Shown: positions 12,104 through 26,394, counted from the first letter of the stretch. The stretch is DNA of 64,000 nt from Mytilus californianus (GCF_021869535.1 NW_026262745.1:59706001-59770000), one strand, 5' to 3'. Made by a program: numbers and translations. Notes: generated from the letters alone by a model not told the origin.

Positions 12104-13169
12104 TAAATATAGTTCCTGTCATTTTTTATGTATGTAAACTTTTAGTACTGTGTTTTTTACATATAAAAATCTATGGTTAAAAAAATTAGTTATGTTATTT
12201 CTTTTATAGCGAACTTCAAGATATTTTTTTATTATGCTTTAGGTCATTCGGGCATTGTGGGACTATGTGTCAAATTGTATGAAGGGCAACTCTGCCTATT
12301 CAAGCAGCAACTATTCGCATGTGTCTTGTGACTTCATTCCATGTTTAAGCAGTTCCGAATTAGTAAATTCATGAGTATACGCCAAGACGAGCATCATCTT
12401 TTCAACTTTTGTTTCATTTTGTAGACTGTGTACCTCAAATGTTTTAACTGAAAAAAAAATGTCTTCACTGGGAACCCCAGAGCTGAAACGTGCACACTTC
12501 GGGTTAGCAGGGACAATACTCTTTCCCCCTGTTTTTGTCATTTTTGCACATGGAATCTTTACAGACACTGTCAGTGGTTCAGAGTATTGCTTGTCAACGA
12601 CATGTCTACTAAGACAGTGAATGCTGCATTCGAATAGGGACCGTTCGATTCATTTTCAGAAATTTTGCAATCGTCGAACATAGAAAACACCCTTTTCTAT
12701 TCAAAATAGATATTCTACATTATAAGGTGTCGACGTTAAGTTAGTAATGGAACTTGAATAACTTGTAAAAGTTTAATTTAGTATAAGACTTTAACAAAAG
12801 GTTGCCACATATGTGAATATGATGGACACACCAACCTTCAAAGATAGGTCCCTTCTACATGTATGTTGCTTTGTCCTTTCAATCCTAACATTATCTTCTC
12901 AAATTTAAGCTTTCCTTTAAGACAGTTTACAAATGTTGTAAATATTTCTTCCTTATAATTCTTCGATTCTTTTAAGTATTATTTACAATGTTACAAAGAT
13001 GGAGTTATGTCCAGCGGCACATATTACAGTCCTATCCGGATTCATTATTATACGATGCTGGAAAATTCCTATTGTCAAATTCAATTTCAAATGAAAATAG
13101 CCTTGTTTAAAAAAAATAGGATCTGTGTGTGAAAAGTCTGAAATATACAATGATTGATTTATTCATTGT

Positions 13170-13400
13170 TGGTCTTTAACGCCACTTTAATCATTTCTTT
13201 GCTATATCATGGAGACCAGCTTTTTTATGGTGCAGAAATCTGGAGCGCCCTGACAGAACCACTGACCGTCGGCTGGGAAACTGTTAAACTTAGTTTTGGA
13301 GTCGAACCAAGCTACCACGTGTAGGGTTCTAACCCTGAAATAAGCAATGAAGCAATCATTTGTACTAATGACAGAAACTTTTTTTATCACTTTATACAGT
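13170..13400 (-). mobile_element. Degenerate tRNA-derived SINE inside each macrosatellite unit (this copy as example)
   Basis: T-arm-like palindrome TTCAGGGTTCGAACCCTGAA (perfect at 15049-15068). The body is similar to the 4025-4228 SINE, with an AATCAATC-type tail. Confidence 0.55.
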
Positions 13401-16400
13401 TTTCGTTTGATAGATAGTTTTTTTGTTTTTTTGTTATTCAAATTGAATAAAGCAAGAGGTTTTAAAAAGAATTGAAGAAAAAAAGAAACGGTAGCTGAAG
13501 GCATAGTTCTTTAAAAGATATTTTTCTCATTGGGGTGCTGTCTCGTTGAGGGAATCTCGTGTATATCTGGCTTACAGTCAAACTAATCATATATCCTTGG
13601 TTATTTATGTTGCTAGGTTGCTGTCTAATTGGCGTTTACTTCATATTGTCACATTGATGCACAATACATAAGTATACATTTTAAAACATGAAGTTAAGAT
13701 GTTATGTCATGCATACTGATTACGTGCAGAAAAAAAGCAAAAGAGAGACTCAAAGAACTTAATAGAAAAAGATGAAATGATCTGATTTCCAAAAGTGACC
13801 TGTTTGGTCGCTCGTAATCGGTTGTCTATAAATATAGTTCCTGTCATTTTTTATGTATGTAAACTTTTAGTACTGTGTTTTTTACATATAAAAATCTATG
13901 GCTAAAAGTATTAGTTATGTTATTTCCTTTATAGCGAACTTCAAGATATTTTTTTATTATGCTTTAGATCATTTGGGCATTGTGGGACTATATGTCAAAT
14001 TTTATGAAGGGCAACTGTGCCTATTCAAGCAGCAACTATTCGCATGTGTCTTGTGACTTCATTCCATGTTTAAGCAGTTCCGAATTATTAAATTCATGAG
14101 TATACGCCAAGACGAGCATCATCTTTTCAACTTTTGTTTCATTTTGTAGACTGTGTACCTCAAATGTTTTAACTGAAAAAAAATGTCTTCACCGGGAACC
14201 CCAGAGCTGAAACGTGCACACTTCAGGTTAGCAGGGACAATACGGTGTACCCCTGTTTTGTCATTTTTGCACATGGAATCTTTACAGATACTGTCAGTGG
14301 TTCAGAGTATTGCTTGTCAACATGTCTACTAAGACAGTGAATGCTGCATTCGAATAGGGACCGTTCGATTCATTTTTAGAAATTTTGCAATCGTCGAATA
14401 TAGAAAACCCCTTTTCTATTCAAAATAGATATTCTACATTATAAGGTGTCGACGTTAAGTTAGTAATGGAACTTGAATAACTTGTAAAAGTTTAATTTAG
14501 TATAAGACTTTAACAAAAGGTTGCCACATATGTGAATATGATGGACACACCAACCTTGAAAGATAGGTCCCTTCTACATGTATGTTGCTTTGTCCTTTCA
14601 ATCCTAAGATATCTTCTCAAATTTAAGCTTTCCTATAAAATAGTTTACAAATGTTGCAAATAATTTTTCCTTTTTTCCTTTAAATTCTTCGATTCTTTTA
14701 GGTATTATTTACAATGTTACAAAGATGAAGAGTTATGTCCAGCGGCACATATTACAGTCCTATCCGGATTCATTATTATACGATGCTGGAAAATTCCTAT
14801 TGTCAAATTCAATTTCAAATAAAAATAGACTTGTTTAACAAAAATAAGATCTGTGTGTGAAACGTCTGAAATATACAATGATTGATTTATTCATTGTTGG
14901 TCTTTAACGCCACTTTAATCATTTTTTTTGCTATAACATGGAGACCAGCTTTTTTATGGCGAAGAAAGCTGGAGCGCCCTGACAGAACCACTGACCGTCG
15001 GCTGGGAAACTGTCAAACTTAGTTTTGGAGTCGAACCAAGCTACCACGTTCAGGGTTCGAACCCTGAAATAAGCAATGAAGCAATAATTTGTACTAATGA
15101 CAGAAGCTTTTTTTCTCACTTTATACAGTTTTCGTTTGATAGATAGTTTTTTGTTTTTTTTTTTATTCAAATTGAATAAAGCAAGAGGTTTTAAAAAGAA
15201 TTGAAGAAAAAAACAAACGGTAGCTGAAGGCATAGTTCTTTAAAAGATATTTTTGTCGTTGAGGTGCTGTCTCGTTGAGGGAATCTCGTGTATATCTGGC
15301 TTACAGTCAAACCAAGCACATATCCTTGGTTATTTATGTTGCTAGGTTGCTGTCTAATTGGCGTTTACTTCATATTGTCACATTGATGCACAATACATAA
15401 GTATACATTTGAAAAACATGAAGTTAAGATGTATACTCATGCATACTGATTAAGTGCAGAAAAAAAGCAAAAGAGAGACTCAAAGAACTAAATAGAAAAA
15501 GATGAAATGATCTGATTTCCAAAAGTGACCTGTTTGGTCGCTCGTAATCGGTTGTCTATAAATATAGTTCCTGTCATTTTTTATGTATGTAAACTTTAAG
15601 TACTGTGTTTTTTACATATAAAAATCTATGGCTTAAAGTATAAGTTATGTTATTTCTTTTATAGTGAACTTTATGATATTTTTTTATTGTAATTTAGATC
15701 ATCTGGGCATTGTGGGATTATGTGTAAATTGTACGAAGGGCAACTCTGCCTATTCAAGCAGCGACTATTCGCATTTGTCTTGTGACTTCATTTCATGTTT
15801 AAGCAGTTCCGATTGAGTAAATTCTTGAGTATACGCCAAGACGAGCATCATCTTTTCAACTTCTGTTTCATTTTGTAGACTGTGTACCTCAAATGTTTTA
15901 ACTGGAAAAAAAATGTCTTCACTGGGAACCCCAGAGCTGAAACGTGCACTCTTTAGGCTAGCAGGGACAATACTCTGTACCCCTGTTTTGTCATTTTTGC
16001 ACATGGAATCTTTACCGACACTGTCAGTGGTTCAGAGTATAGCATGTCAACGACATGTCTAATCAGATACGGAATGCTGTATTCGAATAAAGACCGTTCG
16101 ATTCATTTTCCGAAATTTTGCAATCGTCGAACTTCGAAAACACCCTTTTCTATTCAAAATAGATATTCTACATTATAAGGTGTCGACGTTAAGTTAGTAA
16201 TGGAACTTGAGTAACTTTTAAAAGTTTAAATTGGTACAAAACTTTAACAAAAGGTTGCCACATATGTAATATGATGGACACACCAACCTTCAAATATAGG
16301 TCCCTTCTATGTTGCTTTGTCCTTTCAATCTTAAGATATCTTCTAAATTTTTAGCTTTCCTCTAAAATAGTTTACAAATGTAGCAATTAATATTTCCTTT

Positions 16401-19400
16401 AAATTTTTCTATTCTTTTTGGTATTACAATGTTAAAAAGATGAAGAGTTATGTCCAGCGGCACATATTACAGTCATATCCGGATTCATCATTATACGATG
16501 CTGGAAAATTCCTATTGTCAAATTCAATTTCAAATAAATATAGACTTGTTTAACAAAAATAAGATAAGATTGTGTGAAACGTCTGAAATAAACAATGATT
16601 GATTTATTCACTGTTGGTCTTTAACGCCACTTCAATCATTTGTTTGCTATTTCATGGCGGCCAGCTTATGGTGAAGAAAGCTGGAGCGCCCGGACAGAGC
16701 CACTGACCTTCGGCTGGTAAACTGACAAACATAGTTTTGGAGTCGAACCAAGCTACCACGTTTAGGGTTCGACCCCTGAAATAAGCAATGATGCAATAAT
16801 TTGAACTAATGACAGAAGCTTTTTTCTCACTTTATACAGATTTTTAGTTGATAGACAGTTTTTTGTTTTTTTGCTATTAAAATTGAATATAGCAAGAGGT
16901 TTTAAAAGGAATTGAAAAATCAAACAAACGGTAGCTGAAGGCATAGTTCTTTAAAAGATATTTTTGTCGTTGAGATGCTGTCTCGTTGAGGGAAAATCGT
17001 GTATATCTGGCTTACAGTCAAACCAAGAACATATCCTTGGTTATTTATCTTGCTATGTTGCTGTCTAATTGGCGTTTACTTGATATCGTCACATTGATGC
17101 ACAATACACAAATATATATTTTAAAACATGAAGTTAAGATGTTATGTCATGCATAATTAAGTGCAGAAAAAAAGCAAAAAAGAGACTCAAAGAACTAAAT
17201 AGAAAAAGACGAAATAATCTGATTTTCAAAAGTGACATGTTTGGTCGCTCGTAATCGGTTGTCTATAATTATAGTTCCTGTCATTTTTTATGTATGTAAA
17301 CTTTTAGTACTGTGTTTTTTACATATAAAAATCTATGGCTTAAAGTATTAGTTATGTTATTTCTTTTATAGTGAACTTTATGATATTTTTTTATTGTAAT
17401 TTAGATCATCTGGGCATTGTGGGACTATGTGTAAATTGTACGAAGGGCAACTCTGCCTATTCAAGCAGCGACTATACGCATTTGTCTTGTGACTTCATTT
17501 CATGTTTAAGCAGTTCCGATTTAGTAAATTCTTGAGTATACGCCAAGACGAGCATCATCTTTTCATCTTTTGTTTCATTTTGTAGACTGTGTACCTCAAA
17601 TGTTTTAACTGAAAAAAAAAAATGTCTTCACTTGGAACCCCAGAGCTGAAACGTGCACACTTTAGGTTAGCAGGGACAATACTCTGTACCCCTGTTTTGT
17701 CATTTTTGCACATGGAATCTTTACCGACACTGTCAGTGGTTCAGAGTATTGCTTGTCAACGACATGTCTACTAAGATACGGAATGCTGTATTGGAATAAA
17801 GACCGTTCGATTCATTTTCAGAAATTTTGCAATCGTCGAACATAGAAAACACCGCTTTCTATTCAAAATAGATATTCTACATTATAAGGTGTCGACGTTA
17901 AGTTAGTAATGGAACTTGAATAACTTTTAAAAGTTTAAATTGGTACAAAACTTTAACAAATGGTTGCCACATATGTAATATGATGGACACATCAACCTTC
18001 AAATATATGTCCCTTCTATGCTGCTTTGTCCTTTCAATCTTAAGATATCTTCTAAATCTTTAGTTTTCCTCTAAAATAGTTTACAAATGTTGAAAATAAT
18101 ATTTCCTTTAAATTCTTCGATTCTTTTAGGTATTACAATGCTAAAAAGATGAAGAGTTATGTCCAGCGGCACATATTACAGTCATATCCGGATTCATCAT
18201 TATACGATGCTGGAAAATTCCTATTGTCAAATTCAATTTCAAATAAATATAGACTTGTTTAACAAAAATAAGATAAGATTGTGTGAAACGTCTGAAATAA
18301 ACAATGATTGATTTATTCACTGTTGGTCTTTAACGCCACTTCAATCATTTGTTTGCTATTTCATGGCGGCCAGCTTATGGTGAAGAAAGCTGGAGCGGCC
18401 GGACAGAGCCACTGACCTTCGGCTGGTAAACTGACAAACATAGTTTTGGAGTCGAACCAAGCTACCACGTTTAGGGTTCGACCCCTGAAATAAGCAATGA
18501 AGCAATAATTTGAACTAATGACAGAAGCTTTTTTCTCACTTTATACAGTTTTCGTTTGATAGACAATTTTTTGTTTTTTTTGTTATTAAAATTGAATATA
18601 GCAAGAGGTTTTAAAAGGAATTGAAGAATCAAACAAACGGTAGCTGAAGGCAAAATTCTTTAAAAGATATTTTTGTCGTTGAGATGCTGTCTCGTTGAGG
18701 GAAAATCGTGTATATCTGGCTTACAGTCAAACCAAGAACATATCCTTGGTTATTTATCTTGCTATGTTGCTGTCTAATTGGCGTTTACTTGATATCGTCA
18801 CATTGATGCACATTACATAAGTATATATTTTAAAACATGAAGTTAAGATGTTATGTCATGCATAATTAAGTGCAGAAAAAAAGCAAAAAAGAGACTCAAA
18901 GATCTAAATAGAAAAAGACGAAATAATCTGATTTTCAAAAGTGACCTGTTTGGTCGCTCGTAATCGGTTGTCTATAATTATAGTTCCTGTCATTTTTTAT
19001 GTATGTAAACTTTTAGTACTGTGTTTTTTACATATAAAAATCTATGGCTTAAAGTATTAGTTATGTTATTTCTTTTATAGTGAACTTTATGATATTTTTT
19101 TATTGTAATTTAGATCATCTGGGCATTGTGGGACTATGTGTAAATTGTACGAAGGGCAACTCTGCCTATTCAAGCAGCGACTATACGCATTTGTCTTGTG
19201 ACTTCATTTCATGTTTAAGCAGTTCCGATTTAGTAAATTCTTGAGTATACGCCAAGACGAGCATCATCTTTTGTTTCATTTTGTAGACTGTGTACCTCAA
19301 ATGTTTTAACTGAAAAAAAAAATGTCTTCACTGGGAACCCCAGAGCTGAAACGTGCACACTTTAGGTTAGCAGGGACAATACTCTGTACCCCTGTTTTGT

Positions 19401-21092
19401 CATTTTTGCACATGGAATCTTTACCGACACTGTCAGTGGTTCAGAGTATTGCTTGTCAACGACATGTCTACTAAAATACGGAATGCTGTATTGGAATAAA
19501 GACCGTTCGATTCATTTTCAGAAATTTTGCAATCGTCGAACATAGAAAACACCGTTTTCTATTCAAAATAGATATTCTACATTATAAGGTGTATACGTTA
19601 AGTTAGTAATGGAACTTGAATAACTTTTAAAAGTTTAAATTGGTACAAAACTTTAACAAATGGTTGCCACATATGTAATATGATGGACACACCAACCTTC
19701 AAATATAGGTCCCTTCTATGTTGCTTTGTCCTTTCAATCTTCTTAATCTTTAGTTTTCCTCTAAAATAGTTTACAAATGTTGAAAATAATATTTCCTTTA
19801 AATTCTTCGATTCTTTTAGGTATTACAATGTTAAAAAGATGAAGAGTTATGTCCAGCGGCACATATTACAGTCATATCCGGATTCATCATTATACGATGC
19901 TGGAAAATTCCTATTGTCAAATTCAATTTCAAATAAATATAGACTTGTTTAACAAAAATAAGATCTGTGTGTGAAACGTCTGAAATATACAATGATTGAT
20001 TTATTCACTGTTGGTCTTTAACGCCACTTCAATCATTTGTTTGCTATTTCATGGCGGCCAGCTTATGGTGAAGAAAGCTGGAGCGCCCGGACAGAGCCAC
20101 TGACCTTCGGCTGGTAAACTGTCAAACATAGTTTTGGAGTCGAACCAAGCTACCACGTTTAGGGTTCGACCCCTGAAATAAGCAATGAAGCAATAATTTG
20201 AACTAATGACAGAGGTTTTTTTCTCACTTTATACAGTTTTCGTTTGATAGACAGTTTTTTGTTTTTTTTGTTATTAAAATTGAATATAGCGAGAGGTTTT
20301 AAAAGGAATTAAGAATCAAACAAACGGTAGCTGAAAGCATAGTTCTTTAAACGATATTTTTGTCGTGGAGATGCTGTCTCATTGAGGGAAAATCGTGTAT
20401 ATCTGGCTTACGCACAAACCAAGAACATATCCTTGGTTATTTATCTTGCTAGGTTGCTGTCTAAATGGCGTTTACTTCATATCGTCACATTGATGTACAA
20501 TACATAAGTATATATTTTAAAACATGAAGTTAAGATGTTATGTCATGCATAATTAAGTGAACTTGAAAAGCAAAAATTAGACTCAAAGAACTCAATAGAA
20601 AAAGACGAAATAATCTGATTTTCAAAAGTGACCTGTTTGGTCGCTCGTAATCGGTTGTCTATAAACATAGTTCCTGTCATTTTTTATGTATGTAAACTTT
20701 TAGTACTGTGTTTTTTTTTACTAATAAAAATCTATGGTTTAAAGTATTAGTTATGTTATTTCTTTTATAGTGAACTTTATGATATTTTTTTTATTATGCA
20801 TAGGTGGGGCTTACTTCAATACACGGTTAGTAGTGGTGTTATGTTCCTTTATAAAACAACACGGTGTTGAGGAAAAATTTTAAAGGTTTCAACAGACGAA
20901 GAAATCGATGATGAACGATTGAAATAAATTCACAAAGCACATTTTAAGCTTACACGTTGTTATTGTTGGCATTTGCTTGTGTATAGACCAATGGAAATAA
21001 GTTCTTAATACTAACGGGATTGAAGACTTGATCACTTTGATAGGCCACTAGTCTAAATACAACGTATTTAAATCAGTCGGTAAGATAAATTC

Positions 21093-21219
21093 GTTACATA
21101 GTGTGCTAGTGACGATATATATGGGGTCAGTAAATTCCATATGGGTTCTTCGCTCTCACCCCATATGGAATTTATTGACCCTGTATATATCGTATTAGGT
21201 CACTAGCACACTATGTAAC
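21093..21219. mobile_element. Palindromic (fold-back) MITE
   Basis: Arms GTTACATAGTGTGCTAGTGAC...GGGGTCAGTAAATTCCATATGGG and CCCCATATGGAATTTATTGACCCC...GTCACTAGCACACTATGTAAC around a short loop. Confidence 0.85.
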
Positions 21220-23959
21220 TTATATTATTCAAGTCTGCTTACCTCTATGTCTCGCCTTGACCACCCTTAATTATGAATACTTATTTATATCACTGAAACA
21301 AGCATTTTCTTATCTTAATCTTGGATTATCTTAGTTCAACAGCATGAAGAAGAAAACACAAAAATAGCTTATCCAGGTTATAGAGAATTTAGTAACTTTT
21401 TGGAAGATTACTATTGATGAAGGTCATATTTGTACATTATGTATTTATATTGTTTGAAACGGCTATCATTCTATCAAAATACATTTCAAAAGCATATGTT
21501 TTTCTTTGTTCAAATTTCTTTTGATAAAAATATGAATATACATATCAACAAAAAGATTGAATTGAATATTGAATGCATGGAATATTTAAAAGAAAAACTA
21601 AATCAAAGCACGGAAAACCCCATTTCCATTTTTACTTCAACAAAACTGAACAATATGGCTGGTAATATCTTGCGGATATATTTGTACAAAATAATATGTC
21701 AAAGTGTGATAAATGTAATTAAATTTTATAGTTTCGCTTTCTCATAATGAAATAAAATCAAAGAAATGAATATCAACACGCAATACATAGTATTATACGG
21801 CTAACAATCGAGACAGAGATCGAGATCGAGTTAGAATTTAAGTAAGTGTTAGAGTCAGAGTTAAAGGTCAATATGAAGTTTAAGTAACATTACGGTTTTA
21901 AGCAAAAATTCGAATTCCTAATTAGTAATATTTTTCAACCACACACACATAATGATGTTTTATTTGACATGTTAAACAATACCAACGTTGATTTAAAAGA
22001 CGATGAAATTGTATTGAAGATAGAAATATCTCAATGTTTAAAATAGGAGGAAAAGCCACGAGAAAGGATGATTCCAGAGAAGGCTTTATTTATGCATTCT
22101 AGCTTTCTTTAATGATAAAAAATGTACAATGATGTATCAGACAGATTTTGCAATTTAGATTATGTGAAGAAATACACATTTCAAATTCAAAAGAGATAAA
22201 AAAAAAGTCACTGTTTTGATTCTAAGAAATATAATATAAACCAATCATTGACGAATATATTTATTTCTGTTGAAATAAAGTTAGCTTTTAAAATTTCAAA
22301 ATTACTAATTTTCTATTTTATAAGTACCTTACCATCCCCATTTGAAATAGAAAAAAGTAAACAGGATGTTTTTCCCTCCAATTTGGATTTAAACGAGAGT
22401 TACGGTTATGTATAGACATATTTGATGAAAGGTGGGGGAAACGTAATCTTTGCAGTAAAATTCATCAGGCAAAATAATTTCGATCAATGTCGTTTCAAAA
22501 TAATCTTAGAGAAATTAAGAAAAAAAAACTGATGTAAAATCAGTAAAGATGATAAATATCGAATGTTTGAAACAAGAAGAATTTATGCCTGTCGCAACGT
22601 TAGAGAATACATGACTATTTTACTCGATTTTACTTCTTCCATATCTTCATACAATGCACAACTCGGTAAAAGAAAACAGTTAACTTTTCCTAAAATATGT
22701 TAAAACAGCAGCATGATGTAATGTAGGATGAGTTGTGCTCACAATCTTAATAATTAAAAAAAAATAGCGTTTACTGCATAAACAATCGGTATGATTGATA
22801 TATAAAGAGATAAAAATAATTGTCTCATCCTTATGATTATATTAGTCGTTTTAGTCTTTTTAACGCTTTTTAAATACCAAGACTTAGTGATTTCTTCTAA
22901 AAAAAAAAACGGATATGATATTTTCATATCATTAAGACAGAAATGTACACAGTAGTAATATTTATAGATATTTGTAACAAATGATTTGTTGACTGTGTAT
23001 CTTAATGCATAAAGCTACATGTATGTTTTGTTCTGATTTTCAAATGCAGTTCAACGAGTTCTAAATGCATACAACATTTCATCAACATCCAAAATATTTG
23101 CCAATTAATTTAAGTGCACTTTGACTGTATGTTGTCAATTACTTACATACACTTCAAACTATACTATAATTAACTAAAACTTTGACATATTGTCTAAAAA
23201 TAAGAAATGTAGTATGATTGCCATTGAGACAACTATCCAAAAATTTTAAATGAAATGGATGTATAACGTGAGTGCATTCCGTTTTAAACAGGTCGGGAAC
23301 ACTACCTTATAAATATATGCATGAATTAGCATACTTATGTCCTCGCACATGTAATTGTTTTTTTACGGATGAAGCATTTTGTTTTATCTGGGTGTTTGAC
23401 CAATACAGTAAATGGTTAAAAATGCATGATGGACTACTACATGTTTACGATCAACCGAGAACACGTGTTATTAACTGAAATACAACACATTTTTTCATGC
23501 ATTGCGGGATTAACAATTTCACTTAGTTTTTCATTTTTTGTATCCACATTTAAAGTCTGTGCTATAAAGTATTCGTTCCATGCTCAGATTAACGAAGAGT
23601 TGTTTCTATGCGAAGAATAGAGTATTTGAATTACCCAAAATATAGCCATTTATATGATTGACGATTACACAACGATTTCAGGTATTCGTCAACAAGACAG
23701 CAATGAAGCAACAGTGAAAAACACAATTACCCATAAGACAGACTTTCATTGAGATAGTTAAAAAAATAAGGGATCCTTGAATTTTGGGTTCGTAAAAAAA
23801 GAAGAAGACTTAGAGTGGGTCAAATATCTGTTGGGGTCACGAACATTTAAAATTGATGTTATGATATTGTACCTTCTTTTTTTATTGAAAAGTCAATTAA
23901 ATTTAAAGGGTATGCTTTTATTAGTTTGTCTTTAAGAAACAAACACGTGTAATCATCAA

Positions 23960-24110
23960 TCGGGGCCATTTATAGCCGACTATACGGTATGGGTTTTTCT
24001 TATTGTTGAATGCCTTACGGTTGCCTATAATTGCTTACATCCACTTCATTTGAACTTTGGTGGATAGTTGTCTCATTGGCAAGCGTACCACATCTCCTTA
24101 TTTTTATATA
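23960..24110 (+). mobile_element. Family A repeat, 3' fragment
   Basis: CGGGGCCATTTATAGCCGACTATACGGTATGGG...GTTGTCTCATTGGCAAGCGTACCACATCTCC. Confidence 0.75.
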
Positions 24111-24609
24111 CAAACACCTTTTAGAAAGATTGGTTTGCCATTATCTTGAAAAGAGATATTTATTATAGAATACTGTGTAATATTTTTATTTTTTAGAATT
24201 TGACAGGTCAGAACATGTATAAAACCTATATCAACTTTCGTATTTCAAAACTGCTCGAGCCATTTCTTAATTCTTGTCTGGCAATATAAACAAAAGCTAT
24301 ACTGTATTGATTTTTTGGCTTATTTTATTTTTTTTGTTTGGACAATTAAGGTAAGGAAGCAATATTTTCCTCAATCATTGCAAGCAGCTGTAGTTTCGTT
24401 TGGTTTTCGTCTTTGTAAAGTTCGTTTTCTTCTAATGTAGATATTGGTATTTTTTATAATTTTAACGGATATTTGTCAATCTTAATCATAATTTATGATT
24501 TTACCCATGTTTATGTGCGACAAGGACGTGAACTTTGATAAGTCTTGTGAAAATTGCAGCGTTGGATCTAAACCTATTATATTTCTCTCATTTTTTGGAT
24601 ACTTTCTGT

Positions 24610-24800
24610 TCTCGTTTTGTATTTAAATTAGGCCGTCGGTTTTTACGTTTGAATTGTAGTAATTTTTGGTCCATTTATAGCTCACTTTTCAGCGCTGAAG
24701 GTCGTCGTCCTGTAACCTATGATTTATTACTTTACTAGATTTTGTCTTAAACGGAGAGATGTCTCATTTGGCACTCATACCTCATCTTCATATTTCTATA
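24610..24800 (+). mobile_element. Family A repeat, degraded 3' fragment
   Basis: TAAATTAGGCCGTCGGTTTT...TGTCTCATTTGGCACTCATACCTCATCTTC matches 5273-5467. Confidence 0.65.
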
Positions 24801-26394
24801 TAAAAAGCACGTTTTAGAAAACCTAAATTGGCAACATGGCACCCACTAGATCCGGAGGATTTAAACGAATTAAGATATTTCACAAAAGTCAATAGGATAG
24901 CAGCCGAACGATATAAAACATCCTTAGGTAGATTTTGGGATAAAATTGGCAACATACGGACTTCATCAATGGACAAAGTATACAAAATATGTTAAGCTAT
25001 ATACCTTCCTTGCTTTTTATAGAACATTTTTTTTAAAAATACTAGATATGATGTATTTACTTTTATATCATGTTCTGTGCATCAAGTGAAGATAAGTCTG
25101 CGTCTGTCGTTACATCCATATTGTCGGACAGCCTGTAACGCCACAACGGGAACATGCTTGAAATTAAGCAGTGTTTCAGTGCCATGTTCTTTATGATTTT
25201 CGAAGCAGCAATGTTTTCGGAATTGTATTATACAGAATACGAAAAATCCAAAAGCATGATTTTATAGATGAACGTGTAACCCATTCCTTCAAACCGTTTT
25301 GACTAGTTTAAAGAGCTCAAATGATTTTTAAATTGGACGGTGGTCACTACATTGAACATTTCACTGTTTCGCGTGAAATTAATGCACAGGTACAATGCAT
25401 AACAATGGATAAAACCTGTCCAACTACTTTTACAAGGCGAAAAAGAAAGTCGAATCGTGAAGCCAAAAAACAATTTTTAATCAGAGTATGCAATTTGAAG
25501 ATTATGTTATATATTTTACATTAAACACATTCGCTGAACAAAAACGTTAATTATGAGAGTCTCAGACACTATATTAGTTGACAGTTTTCCCACTTATACC
25601 ACGTGTTTGTAAGTGGTAGTAAACTCGTAGTAACCCACAATGCATTGTAGTTCATTTGGTCGATTGGTCAGTTTTTCCAAGGCATGTTTACCTTCAATTT
25701 GGGAAATTACTATGCAAATATATTCTGACGTCAGGAAATCTAGAGTTATCGACCTGTTACATGGAAAGAAGAAATGAAGACATTATTTATACAATTCTAT
25801 AAAATCATTTACTGTATTCCTATGATTGTTAATTTCTACTATCGCATGTTTCTTTTTTCAATTGATAAATTTAAACTATAGGAAGTTCATATGAACATAC
25901 TTGAAATACAAGAGTTTATAGAAAGCTAAGAGGTAGAAAGCTACCGAATAAAATACAAAATTTCTAGTCACAGATCATCAACATGTCCTTGTCTCAAGGA
26001 AGATAATCCGGGGTGGGGAGATGGGTGGGGGGTAAATTATAATCCTTTCAAATGTAGTATACATCACGACTTTCTCAAATATATAATAAAAATTATGGGC
26101 TACGGGACTTTTTTCAAGCTACAGGTTGTCCAACATTATCAGATTTTGTAAAGATTATTCATAAATAACACAATTGTGTGTGATAAAAAGAAAGCTGTAC
26201 CATAGAATTTTAAGATAAAATATGAGAAAACAGCTTTAAATTTTTAATGAGCTTTCATAAAATAAAAAAAAAAATTAGGGTCACGGTACTTGTTTTCTTG
26301 CTACAAAATATTTCGGAAATTCTTACCGTGGCTCGGTATTCATACATCCCGCCATTGTGTTTTTATGTTATAGTCATTTTTTTGTTTTTCTTTG

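Larger units (their letters stand above)
9880..20800. repeat. Macrosatellite, unit about 1.7 kb, about 5.6 copies
   Basis: The marker TCCAGCGGCA occurs at 9951, 13010, 14738, 16453, 18162 and 19852. Spacings are 3059 (includes the 1.34-kb insertion), 1728, 1715, 1709 and 1690. Confidence 0.97.

Noticed and set aside
15040-15070. Genuine tRNA gene
   Set aside because: Only the T-arm/B-box is recognisable; there is no cloverleaf, and it is part of a SINE.
13202-18653. Repeated MPSATV... ORFs as real genes
   Set aside because: They run across A/T homopolymers into the SINE, vary in length between units, and have no recognisable domain.
23686-23696. Right TIR of the PIF1/P element (TCGTCAACAAG)
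   Set aside because: Only an 11-nt match; it lacks the terminal TG and the match does not extend inward, so it could be chance.
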